The notes under the pieces: generated by a model | What the model saw: only the letters and a program-made list of their open reading frames with translations | The model's database searches: none | Told to the model about the DNA's origin: nothing | Made by a program: the position numbers and the translations under genes | In this document: piece by piece, positions 1-7,868 of the stretch | Layout of the letters: every line of letters begins with the position of its first letter | Position numbering within the stretch: the first letter of the stretch is position 1 | NCBI GenBank assembly: GCA_963660485.1 | Contig: CAVKYH010000006.1 | Location: 522 to 64,521, forward strand | Source of the DNA: a bacterium | GTDB lineage: Bacteria > Bacteroidota > Bacteroidia > Bacteroidales > Bacteroidaceae | Direction of reading: 5' to 3' | Length of the DNA: 64,000 nt

Positions 1-768
1 TACTATCTCGGCGCGCACATCGGCATCGGTAAATATCATAACCCTCAGAGGGTGGGCCAAAAGTATTCCCGCCGTGGCAAAAACAAGCATCAACGGCTGG
101 AAATTGTCTGCCAAAAACACTCCGAACACAATAGAAAATAGCAAAAGGTTGAGAAACGGCAGAAAATCGTTTTTCTGCCAAAATCTGTCGCAACTTATTT
201 TTTTCACGTTTATCGGCGCGCGAAACGGGACTCTTATCCTGCCTACAATAATCATCGACAGCAAAATCATTCCCATGCTCGTGGCGAGCACAACGTCGAA
301 ACTGCCCCACGACATCAAACAAAACGATGCCGCCATGCCCAACGGAATTCCCGCCAAGGCTATCCAGGCAAAATAATAATCCGAAACAGTGCGTTTTTCC
401 GAGACAGTGAGGTCGTTTAGCATTGTGCTGCCAAGCGCTACCTGCGCCACTCCGCAAAGCATACCCTCACCAAAACGCACAAGCGACGATATTGCCAAAC
501 TTTGCCACTGAAACAGCACTGCCGAAAGCAACAACAAAAGAAACAGAGACATTCTGTAAACGCTCTTGCGCTGAAAACGGGCCACGAAATACGAGCTGAA
601 CGGCCCTAAAACAAACAAGCCCGCCACAAAAGACGACAACGCCAGCGCAAGGACGCGCATGTCTGCTTCGCCGGCAATTCCCTTGAAAACAAGAGCCCCG
701 AATTGCATGAACACAGCGGCTACAAAAATAAAATTCGCAATACAAATTCTCAACAAAACGCCATTCAT
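1..768 (-). CDS. MFS-type transporter, first 256 codons (C-terminus lies beyond the left window edge)
   Basis: Absent from the ORF track because no stop lies inside the window. The + strand triplets 1-3, 4-6 .. 766-768 contain no tta/cta/tca, and cat at 766-768 gives ATG. The translation MNGVLLRICIANFIFVAAVFMQFGALVF..LGPFSSYFVARFQRKSVYRMSLFLLLLL.. is a run of hydrophobic helices with an MFS-like basic loop. It supersedes track ORFs 74..376(+) and 467..745(-). Confidence 0.55.
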   Translation of the reverse strand, partial: MNGVLLRICIANFIFVAAVFMQFGALVFKGIAGEADMRVLALALSSFVAGLFVLGPFSSYFVARFQRKSVYRMSLFLLLLLSAVLFQWQSLAISSLVRFGEGMLCGVAQVALGSTMLNDLTVSEKRTVSDYYFAWIALAGIPLGMAASFCLMSWGSFDVVLATSMGMILLSMIIVGRIRVPFRAPINVKKISCDRFWQKNDFLPFLNLLLFSIVFGVFLADNFQPLMLVFATAGILLAHPLRVMIFTDADVRAEIV

Positions 769-795
769 AGCCGCCACTCCCTATTTGTTTTTATG

Positions 796-1617
796 TTAAT
801 ACTGTTCCGATTCGTTGGGAAAGTCTCCGCTTTTTACATCGTCTGAATATTTCTTCACGGCATCGGTTATCACCGTGAAAAGATCCGCATATCGGCGCAA
901 AAATTTCGGAGCAAATCCGTTGTTCATGCCCAACATGTCCTGCAAAACAAGCACTTGGCCGTCAACATCTCCGCCTGCGCCGATTCCTATAACGGGTATC
1001 GTGAGAGTTTTAGCCACTTTTGAAGCAAGCGAAGCGGGAATCTTTTCGAGCACAACGGCAAAGCAGCCGGCTTTCTCCAGTTCCTGCGCGTCTTCCAGCA
1101 GTTTCTGCGCCTCCGCTTCCTCTTTTGCGCGCAAACCATAGCCGCCGAATTTGTGGAAACTTTGGGGAGTGAGCCCCAGATGTCCCATAACGGGCACGCC
1201 GGCATCGACCATAGCGCTTATTGCCGGCACAAGGCGTTTGCCACCTTCGAGCTTGACGGCGCTGCAACCCGTTTCTTTCAGAATACGTATGGCATTGTCA
1301 ACCGCACAATCGGCATTCGACTGATAAGAACCGAAAGGCATGTCGCAAACTACCATTGCGTGTTTCGTGCCTCTCACCACGCTGCGCGCGTAGACTATCA
1401 TTTCGTCAATTGTAATGGGAAGTGTGGTGTCGTAACCTGCCATAACATTTGCGGCAGAGTCTCCCACAAGAATCATATCCACTCCGCCGGCATCTACAAG
1501 GCTTGCCATCGTTACGTCATAGGCTGTGAGCATGGAAATCTTCTTTCCCTCGCTCTTCATCTTGAGTATGCGTTGCACCGTAACGGGTCGTGTGTCGTCT
1601 GATATGTAATTTGCCAT
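796..1617 (-). CDS. panB: 3-methyl-2-oxobutanoate hydroxymethyltransferase (pantothenate biosynthesis)
   Basis: 273-aa ORF. KISMLTAYD, DMILVGDS and VKLEGG blocks are typical of PanB. Confidence 0.9.
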   Translation of the reverse strand: MANYISDDTRPVTVQRILKMKSEGKKISMLTAYDVTMASLVDAGGVDMILVGDSAANVMAGYDTTLPITIDEMIVYARSVVRGTKHAMVVCDMPFGSYQSNADCAVDNAIRILKETGCSAVKLEGGKRLVPAISAMVDAGVPVMGHLGLTPQSFHKFGGYGLRAKEEAEAQKLLEDAQELEKAGCFAVVLEKIPASLASKVAKTLTIPVIGIGAGGDVDGQVLVLQDMLGMNNGFAPKFLRRYADLFTVITDAVKKYSDDVKSGDFPNESEQY

Positions 1618-1692
1618 AACTTCGCTTTGTTTTCGTACAGACGAAACGGGTTGTTATTGCAAATAAGCCTGTTCCCCTGCACTTTCAAGGTG

Positions 1693-1700
1693 CAAAATTA
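1693..1700 (-). promoter_or_regulatory. candidate Bacteroidota -7 box (TAnnTTTG) for panB
   Basis: + strand caaaatta = TAATTTTG on the minus strand, 76 nt upstream of the panB ATG. Confidence 0.35.
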
Positions 1701-1709
1701 CTAAAATCC

Positions 1710-2372
1710 CTACTTTCCGCAAAAATTGTCGCGGAAAACCTTGTCGGCGTCCTCGGGTGTAAATCCCTCGAAATTCGGGATTACGATGTCGCTATAGGTT
1801 CCCACAATTTCTGCGGGGTTTGTTGTGGAAAGTCCAACGACCATTGCGCCCGACGCAGCCCCCGCTTTCAATCCGTTAATGGAATCTTCGATTACGATAC
1901 ACTCTTGCGGCGCAAATCCAAAGTATCTTGCAGCCGTGATATAGCAATCTGGTGAAGGTTTCGACTCTTGGCAGTCTTCCGAGGTGAAGATTCGGTCGAA
2001 CATTCCCTGTATTTCGGGACGCGCCTTGTACACAAAATTCATCTTGTCTCGGTTGGAGCTCGTGGCAACTGCGGTTTTTACTCCCGCCTCTCTCAGACTG
2101 TCAACAAATTTCTCCACTCCGGGCACATAAGGATAGGTCATTTTTTCCTGAAATTCGTTGAGTTCTCTCCTTATATTCTTTCTGTCCTCCTCGTTCGGGA
2201 AATAGCGGTTAAAAACTTCCACAAGCGTGTTACCTTTGAGCATCTGGGCAAAACCTTTGACCTCCGGAATATATTTGCGGTTGATTTCGTCCCAAAACAC
2301 GGTGTATTGATCTTCCGTATCAACCACGACTCCGTCAAAATCAAAGAGTACGGCTTTGAATTTATACTTCAT
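1710..2372 (-). CDS. HAD-IA family hydrolase (beta-phosphoglucomutase-like)
   Basis: 220 aa. HAD motif I at the N-terminus (LFDFDGVVVDTE), ATSS (motif II) and EDSINGLKAGAASG (motif IV region). Confidence 0.8.
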   Translation of the reverse strand: MKYKFKAVLFDFDGVVVDTEDQYTVFWDEINRKYIPEVKGFAQMLKGNTLVEVFNRYFPNEEDRKNIRRELNEFQEKMTYPYVPGVEKFVDSLREAGVKTAVATSSNRDKMNFVYKARPEIQGMFDRIFTSEDCQESKPSPDCYITAARYFGFAPQECIVIEDSINGLKAGAASGAMVVGLSTTNPAEIVGTYSDIVIPNFEGFTPEDADKVFRDNFCGK

Positions 2373-2392
2373 AAGATGATGTTTGTTGGGTG

Positions 2393-2400
2393 CAAAGTTA
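2393..2400 (-). promoter_or_regulatory. candidate -7 box for the HAD hydrolase gene
   Basis: + strand caaagtta = TAACTTTG on the minus strand, 21 nt upstream of ATG 2372. Confidence 0.45.
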
Positions 2401-2416
2401 CTAATTCTTTTTGTCA

Positions 2417-2536
2417 GAAAAACTACAAGCCATATCGTTAAAAACGATGTCTGACGTTATTTAAATATGTCTGACATCATTTAAACAATGTCTGATATTA
2501 TTCAAATAATGTCTGACTTCGTTTTTGCGATATCCG
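2417..2536. repeat. 21-nt modular repeat, copy 1 (E-type array)
   Basis: GAAAAACTACAAGCCATATCGTTAAAAACG followed by 4 direct units. ATGTCTGA starts at 2447, 2467, 2488 and 2509 (20/21/21-nt spacing) with linkers TTATTTAAAT / CATTTAAACA / TTATTCAAATA. Ends GTTTTTGCGATATCCG. Lies between the divergent HAD and GH3 genes. Confidence 0.85.
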
Positions 2537-2659
2537 CACAACGATTTCTGGCAAGAAATATACTGTTTTCAACAAGCCCCGCATACCATAAAAAACGCCA
2601 TGGCGAACGTACCAGGAAATACTTTGTCCCTCACATCGCAATGTTATTTGGCTTAATGC

Positions 2660-2667
2660 TAATTTTG
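2660..2667 (+). promoter_or_regulatory. candidate -7 box for the GH3 gene
   Basis: TAATTTTG, 36 nt upstream of ATG 2703. Confidence 0.45.
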
Positions 2668-2702
2668 CATCAAACTATATCCGTACAAAAACTTATTGCA
2701 AC

Positions 2703-5198
2703 ATGAAACTTCACATCATGATAGCAACGGCGGCATTCTTTTTCAGCCCGCTGTTTTCCCAAGCCCAACCTTTGGTGGAAATATCAGCCAAAGACGTAAA
2801 CCGCGCCAAGGAGTTGGTAGCCCAAATGACGCTCGACGAAAAAATATCACTGATCAGCGGAAACTCCGACGGCATGTCGCTGCGCGCCATACCGCGCCTG
2901 GGAATTCCTGCATTGCAGATGCACGACGGGCCACAGGGTATCGGACAAGGTATAAAGGGAGTATTCTTTCCCTGCGGCATGCTCACAGCCGCGACATGGG
3001 ACCGCAACATGGCGAAACTCGTGGGCGAAAGTCTGGCAACCGACTTCAAGGCCCACAACACCGATGTGATTCTCGGTCCGGGCGTAAACATTTACCGCGC
3101 CACGCTATGCGGCAGAAACTTTGAATACTTCGGCGAAGACCCTTACCTTGCAAGCGAAACGGCAAAGCAGTATATCATCGGGGTACAAAGCAAAGGTGTG
3201 ATTGCTACTATCAAACATTTTGCGGCAAACAACATGGAATGGGGACGAAACTATGTAAACTCAAACGTAGACCTCCGCACTCTGAACGAAATATATCTCG
3301 CAACTTTCCGAAAAGCTGTAAAAGAAGCCAAAGTGGGTGCCGTAATGGACAGCTACAACCTGCTCTACGGAATACACACCACCGAAAGCCGTTACCTTAA
3401 TATTGATTTGCTTAGAAAGGAATGGGGATTCAAGGGAATTGTCATGAGCGATTGGGGAGCCGTACATTCCACAGTGGCAACGGCCAACGGAGGGCTTGAT
3501 CTCGAGATGCCGACTTCGGAATACTGGAAAAACGAACTCGTAAAAGACGCAATGAGCAAGGGATTGGTTTCAGAAGCAACGATAAACGAGAAAGTGCAGC
3601 ACATACTGCAAACAATGAGCGCTTTCGGCGTGCTCGACAAAGATTCCACGAGAAACAACGAAAACTACGAGAAACAAAAACTCTCCGAGCTCAAAGCTGC
3701 GGCGCTCAAAATCGCAGAAAACGGAATCACCTTGCTTAAAAACGAAAACGACATACTGCCGCTGGGAAAACAAAAGTTCGTGGTGCTCGGACCAAATGCC
3801 GACAAAATAGCACGAGGCGGCGGAAGCGGACAAGTAAACTACTATTCCGCCGTTACGCCGTGGGAGGGAATTCGAAAGACATTCGGCAAACAAGCTACAT
3901 TGTTGGCTGACGGGGACTACAAGGCCGCATTGCCGAAAAATGCTTTCAAACCTGAGAAAAACTCCACGCAATATGGTTTCAAAGCCGAGTATTTCGGAAA
4001 CAAAACCCTCGGGGGCACGCCTATCGCTACGCGCATGGAGGAACAGCCATATATGGACAACAATACAAAACTGCCCGACGGATTGCAAACCACAGACTAT
4101 TCCGTGAGATGGACGGGCGTTTTTGAGGCACAGGAAACGGGCATCGTTTTCTTTGAACTCGCCGGAGACGACGGCTATCGGCTTTTCGTTGACAACAAAC
4201 AGGTTTGCGACGAATGGAGAGACCAGGCCACGAAAAAGACAACTTATTGCCTCGACGCCGAAAAGGGCAAAACCTACGACATAAGGGTGGAATATTACCA
4301 GGGAACGGGCGACAGAATTTTCAAGTTCGCTCCCTACGTAACCAACTACGCCAAAATGGACGCACAACTTCAGAATTTCAATACGGCAGTGGTATGCGTG
4401 GGATTTGATACCGACACCGAAACCGAAGGAAGCGACCGCACGTTCAATCTTCCCTTTGGCCAGGACGAACTTATAAAACATGTGGCGCAAAAGGTGGGGA
4501 ATGTTGTGGTTGTAATCAATTCTGGCGGCGGCATAGACTTCAAACCTTGGATTTATAAGGTAAAGGGCGTGATTATGTCGTGGTATCCGGGACAGGAAGG
4601 CGGAACTGCGCTTGCCAATATCCTTTGCGGAAAAGTTAATCCGAGCGGGAAACTGCCTATGTCGATAGAGAAAAAATGGGAAGACAATCCTGCGCACAAC
4701 GACTTCTACTCCTCAGGCGAATCAAACGAGATAACATACAACGAAGGTCTGTTCTACGGCTACCGAGGATACGAAAGAGAAGGAAAAAGCGTGATGTTCC
4801 CCTTCGGATTCGGCTTGAGCTACACCTCGTTTGCCTATTCCGACATCAAGACAGCAAACATCGGCAAAAACAGAGTGCGTATCACTTTCAAGGTAAGAAA
4901 CATGGGACAACGCGCAGGCGCTGAAGTGGCGCAGCTATACGTCAGGCCGCTCACGCCGTCGGTTGTGCGCCCTATAAAGGAGCTTAAAGGATACGAGAAA
5001 GTGTATCTTGAAAAAGGCGAAACCAAAACCGTTACAATAAATCTCTACGAAGACGCGTTTTCATACTACGACGTCAACACCGAAGGCTTTGTGGTAGATT
5101 CGGGAGACTATCAAATTCTCGTAGGGCCTTATTCCGACGACCTGCCGCTGCAAACCAACGTGAAAATAAACGCCCTGACAAGCGCAACAAGCAATTAA
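2703..5198 (+). CDS. GH3 beta-glucosidase with inserted PA14 domain, signal peptide
   Basis: 831 aa. N-terminal signal-like MKLHIMIATAAFFFSPLFSQA and GH3 blocks (GPGVNIYR, KHFAANN, VMSDWGA). A PA14-like segment follows (YFGNKTLGG..VRWTGVFEA..GDDGYRLFVDNKQV) and then the C-terminal GH3 domains. Confidence 0.9.
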   Translation: MKLHIMIATAAFFFSPLFSQAQPLVEISAKDVNRAKELVAQMTLDEKISLISGNSDGMSLRAIPRLGIPALQMHDGPQGIGQGIKGVFFPCGMLTAATWDRNMAKLVGESLATDFKAHNTDVILGPGVNIYRATLCGRNFEYFGEDPYLASETAKQYIIGVQSKGVIATIKHFAANNMEWGRNYVNSNVDLRTLNEIYLATFRKAVKEAKVGAVMDSYNLLYGIHTTESRYLNIDLLRKEWGFKGIVMSDWGAVHSTVATANGGLDLEMPTSEYWKNELVKDAMSKGLVSEATINEKVQHILQTMSAFGVLDKDSTRNNENYEKQKLSELKAAALKIAENGITLLKNENDILPLGKQKFVVLGPNADKIARGGGSGQVNYYSAVTPWEGIRKTFGKQATLLADGDYKAALPKNAFKPEKNSTQYGFKAEYFGNKTLGGTPIATRMEEQPYMDNNTKLPDGLQTTDYSVRWTGVFEAQETGIVFFELAGDDGYRLFVDNKQVCDEWRDQATKKTTYCLDAEKGKTYDIRVEYYQGTGDRIFKFAPYVTNYAKMDAQLQNFNTAVVCVGFDTDTETEGSDRTFNLPFGQDELIKHVAQKVGNVVVVINSGGGIDFKPWIYKVKGVIMSWYPGQEGGTALANILCGKVNPSGKLPMSIEKKWEDNPAHNDFYSSGESNEITYNEGLFYGYRGYEREGKSVMFPFGFGLSYTSFAYSDIKTANIGKNRVRITFKVRNMGQRAGAEVAQLYVRPLTPSVVRPIKELKGYEKVYLEKGETKTVTINLYEDAFSYYDVNTEGFVVDSGDYQILVGPYSDDLPLQTNVKINALTSATSN

Positions 5199-5225
5199 AA
5201 ACCAAACATTCCAAATATCAACAAA

Positions 5226-5384
5226 ATGACATCTACTATCACCTACATAATATTGGCTATAATTGCCGTTGCAGCCGTTGTTTTAATCGTGAAAAAGCTT
5301 ACCGGCTGCCTGATAAAGATTGTGGTTGCAATAATAGCGCTTGCCGCATTGACGCTCGCCTATTTCCATTTCTTCGCAAGCTGA
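5226..5384 (+). CDS. possible small two-helix membrane protein (52 aa)
   Basis: ATG at 5226, TGA at 5382-5384. Translation MTSTITYIILAIIAVAAVVLIVKKLTGCLIKIVVAIIALAALTLAYFHFFAS has two hydrophobic helices around a KK turn. It is below the 60-aa cutoff of the ORF track, and there is no homology evidence. Confidence 0.3.
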   Translation: MTSTITYIILAIIAVAAVVLIVKKLTGCLIKIVVAIIALAALTLAYFHFFAS

Positions 5385-5471
5385 AAACATCTTTTCTGTA
5401 TCGCTTTCAGATGATGCGACAACCTTGCCCACAACACGGCAAAGGCATACACAAAATTCTGTCATACTCAT

Positions 5472-5516
5472 AAAAAATCCGGCGGGCCAAAATGTGCCTG
5501 CCGGATTGTATTTTCT
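5472..5516. terminator. bidirectional hairpin terminator between the GH3/small-ORF unit and the 5703..6095 gene
   Basis: ATCCGGCGGGC (5477-5487) pairs with GCCTGCCGGAT (5496-5506) with one mismatch. There is an A-run upstream (a T-run on the minus strand) and TTGTATTTT downstream. Confidence 0.5.
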
Positions 5517-5535
5517 GCCCCGAAAATCCCATGTC

Positions 5536-5653
5536 ATAAAAACGTTTTCGCATCTCGAAAAAACTACACGGCATCTCGTAAAAATTCCAAGGCATCTAAT
5601 TTAAATTCCGACGCATCTAATTCAAATTAGATGCGTCGGAATTTTCGCAAAAA
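5536..5653. repeat. 21-nt modular repeat, copy 2 (T-T-C-A-A')
   Basis: GCATCT at 5550, 5571, 5592 and 5613 (exact 21-nt phase). CCGACGCATCTAATTCAAATTAGATGCGTCGG is a 32-nt palindrome with one linker mismatch. Confidence 0.9.
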
Positions 5654-5702
5654 TAAATGTTTGTTTTTCAGCAACATACAAAGAGAGAAAAATCCGCGTT
5701 TT

Positions 5703-6095
5703 CTACTCTCCGCCAATGAGCATCATAGCTTCGTCGCGCAATGCCGGAGGCAACTCAATGCGCCGGCGGCGAAGACTTTCAAGCCACAAGGCAACTTCCT
5801 CGGGTTTTAGTCCTTCGAGAATCTCTTCAAAAATTTCCAACTGCTCATCGGTATATTCTTCGGGGCTTTTTCCGGCAAGCGCATCAAGTTCGTCGTCGTT
5901 GAAATCGGTATCTGCGGCAGTTTCCGCCTCAAGCACTTTCGACGCCGCGCATACATCAAAGCACGTTCCGCACTGCTCGTTGCAATCGCCGGGCTTTTCT
6001 TTTTGCGGAATGCGGTCGAAAGGATTACGGCGTATGTAAACAGCAAAGACAACAATGCCCGCAAGAAGCAGAACCACAAGTATTATCGGAAACAT
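5703..6095 (-). CDS. hypothetical single-pass membrane protein with Cys cluster and acidic C-terminal half
   Basis: 130 aa. N-terminal TM helix (MFPIILVVLLLAGIVVFAVYI), then CNEQCGTCFDVC, then a D/E-rich tail. The stop of this gene lies 11 nt from the aroA start, so the two are probably co-transcribed. Confidence 0.5.
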   Translation of the reverse strand: MFPIILVVLLLAGIVVFAVYIRRNPFDRIPQKEKPGDCNEQCGTCFDVCAASKVLEAETAADTDFNDDELDALAGKSPEEYTDEQLEIFEEILEGLKPEEVALWLESLRRRRIELPPALRDEAMMLIGGE

Positions 6096-6106
6096 AACCG
6101 TAGGTT

Positions 6107-7354
6107 TTACAATTCTTCGACGTTAAAACCCACCGCGCGCAGGTCGTCCCAGTAACGGGGATAGGACTTGCACACCACTTCCGGGTTTTCGATGCGAATC
6201 TCCCCCGTCTTGATGCAAAGAGGAGCGATGCTCATTGCCATGCGATGGTCGTCGTAGGTTTTTATCACGGCATCTTTTTGCGCATCACAGCGTTCGCCGT
6301 CCCAATACATCGTGCCGTCGGGCAAATCTCTCACCACGTATCCCAGTTTTGCCAGTTCGGTTTCAAGAGCTGCGATGCGGTCGGTTTCCTTTACGCGAAG
6401 ATTTGAAAGCCCAGCAAACCTAAACCGTATTCCCAAGCCGCAGCACGTCGCCACAAAGGTTTGCGCCAAATCGGGCTCGCCGCCCAAATCAAGCTCCAAG
6501 GCATCTGTTTCAGCCCATTCGCCTTTGCAGATTTTCGCACTGCCGTTGGAAAACGAAGTTTCTACGCCAAGTTTCCGAAAATAATCCATTCCTTTTGAAT
6601 CTCCCTGCAAGCTGTTTTCATACAATGCAGGAAGCAGGAACGCGGAATGCGCATCTTGTGTCAACGCCATCAGTTCATACCAATACGACGCGGCACTCCA
6701 GTCGCTTTCCACCGTATATGGTTTTGCCGAATAGCCACCCTGCTCCACCGTTATCGTATCCACGGCGGTCCATTCGGCTTTCGCGCCAAACGACCTCATA
6801 AGTTCGAGCGTCATGTTGATATATGGGCGCGACGCAATGGTGCCGTTGAGCGTGAGACGAAGCCCGCCGTTCAAACAAGGGGCTATCATGAGCAAAGCAG
6901 ATATATATTGCGAACTTACGTCGGCAGGCAGAGAAATTTCGCCGCCGTGCATCGTGGCTCCGCCAACGCGAAGCGGAGGAAATCCGTCGGCTTTTGCGTA
7001 TTCGATGTCAGCCCCCAAATTGCGCAATGCCTCAACGAGTATCGTTATGGGGCGTTGCTGCATTCGCGCCGAGCCAGTGATTGTGCGCCGCAAGGGCTGC
7101 AAACTGAAATAAGCCGTGAGAAAACGCATCGCTGTGCCCGCGCCGTGAACATCAACCGGCATCTCGGCATTGTTTCCATTGGCAAGGGCAGCAATCATTA
7201 CCGCCGTGTCGTCGCACTCGGCGAGGTTGGAAATCTCTTGCGGCACACGCGAAAGCGCATTTATGACAAGCACACGATTCGAAAGGCTTTTGGAGGCCGG
7301 AAGAACCACTTTTTTTACACCGAAACCCTTTGGCGGAGTAAGTTTATAGATCAT
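6107..7354 (-). CDS. aroA: 3-phosphoshikimate 1-carboxyvinyltransferase (EPSP synthase)
   Basis: The track ORF runs to 7564, but its first 70 codons are antisense to the tRNA gene. The start is set at ATG 7354 (MIYKLTPPKG..). EPSPS blocks include LPASKSLSNR, GTAMRFL, KETDRI and DHRMAMS. Confidence 0.9.
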   Translation of the reverse strand: MIYKLTPPKGFGVKKVVLPASKSLSNRVLVINALSRVPQEISNLAECDDTAVMIAALANGNNAEMPVDVHGAGTAMRFLTAYFSLQPLRRTITGSARMQQRPITILVEALRNLGADIEYAKADGFPPLRVGGATMHGGEISLPADVSSQYISALLMIAPCLNGGLRLTLNGTIASRPYINMTLELMRSFGAKAEWTAVDTITVEQGGYSAKPYTVESDWSAASYWYELMALTQDAHSAFLLPALYENSLQGDSKGMDYFRKLGVETSFSNGSAKICKGEWAETDALELDLGGEPDLAQTFVATCCGLGIRFRFAGLSNLRVKETDRIAALETELAKLGYVVRDLPDGTMYWDGERCDAQKDAVIKTYDDHRMAMSIAPLCIKTGEIRIENPEVVCKSYPRYWDDLRAVGFNVEEL

Positions 7355-7381
7355 TTTCAAGCGTAATTTCGTTTTGTTCGG

Positions 7382-7389
7382 CAAAAATA
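7382..7389 (-). promoter_or_regulatory. candidate -7 box for aroA
   Basis: + strand caaaaata = TATTTTTG on the minus strand, 28 nt upstream of ATG 7354. Confidence 0.45.
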
Positions 7390-7423
7390 TTGATTTATTT
7401 TTTGATATGTCAGAAAAACGCCA

Positions 7424-7431
7424 TACATTTG
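7424..7431 (+). promoter_or_regulatory. candidate -7 box for tRNA-Pro
   Basis: TACATTTG, 64 nt upstream of the mature tRNA 5' end. Confidence 0.4.
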
Positions 7432-7494
7432 CACTCGCAAACGCGAAAAGGCCGCAAGGCGTGAAAACGTTCTCGGTCTTTACCCAAGCAAAAG

Positions 7495-7569
7495 CGGGGT
7501 GTAGCTCAGTCCGGTTAGAGTACACGTCTGGGGGGCGCGAGGTCGCTGGTTCGAATCCAGTCACCCCGA
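7495..7569 (+). tRNA. tRNA-Pro (anticodon GGG)
   Basis: 75-nt cloverleaf read by eye. Acceptor CGGGGTG/CACCCCG with discriminator A, D arm GCTC..GAGT, anticodon arm CACGT-CTGGGGG-GCGCG (one A.C mismatch), T arm GCTGG-TTCGAAT-CCAGT. No encoded CCA. Confidence 0.8.
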
Positions 7570-7576
7570 CTTCAAA

Positions 7577-7616
7577 AAAGCACGACTTTCAAAAGCCGTG
7601 CTTTTTTGTTTTTTCA
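7577..7616 (+). terminator. rho-independent terminator after tRNA-Pro
   Basis: AAAGCACG .. CGTGCTTT 8-bp stem, followed by TTTGTTTTTT. Confidence 0.65.
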
Positions 7617-7685
7617 ACTCCCGTCAAAAGATTTCTTCCTACATATATTATCTTGTTGACACAGAATAAATTAAAAACAATGCAA

Positions 7686-7809
7686 GATATCGAAAAAACT
7701 CCAAGGCATATCGTAAAAACAATGTCTGACATTGTTTGAATAATGTCTGACATCGTTTAAATAATATCAGACATCGTTTGAATAATATCTGACATTGGAA
7801 AAACGATAT
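7686..7809. repeat. 21-nt modular repeat, copy 3 (C-like terminal unit + 4 E-type units)
   Basis: CCAAGGCATATCGTAAAAACA, then ATGTCTGACATTGTTTGAATA, ATGTCTGACATCGTTTAAATA, ATATCAGACATCGTTTGAATA and ATATCTGACATTGGAAAAACG. Confidence 0.85.
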
Positions 7810-7868
7810 TGGGAGAAGAAAAAACGGGACGAAAAATGCTGCAATTTTCAGCCGTCCGCAATGATTTT

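Noticed and set aside
74-745. Track ORFs 74..376(+) and 467..745(-) as genes at the left edge
   Set aside because: A third frame on the minus strand is open from ATG 768 to the window edge and encodes a convincing multi-helix transporter. The two listed ORFs are shadows of it.
2417-2536. CRISPR-like appearance of the periodic arrays (short repeat plus variable 11-nt spacer), here and at the other 18 loci
   Set aside because: The period is 21 nt, far below CRISPR repeat-plus-spacer lengths. The variable parts come from a handful of recurring words used in both orientations. Arrays have only 3-6 units, are dispersed at 19 loci, and no cas genes are present.
7355-7564. N-terminal 70-codon extension of the aroA ORF (track ORF 6107..7564)
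   Set aside because: The extension is simply the antisense strand of the tRNA-Pro gene and its leader (MTGFEPATSRPP.. is the complement of the T arm and acceptor). A -7 box for aroA lies inside it, and the EPSP synthase homology begins at Met71 (ATG 7354).
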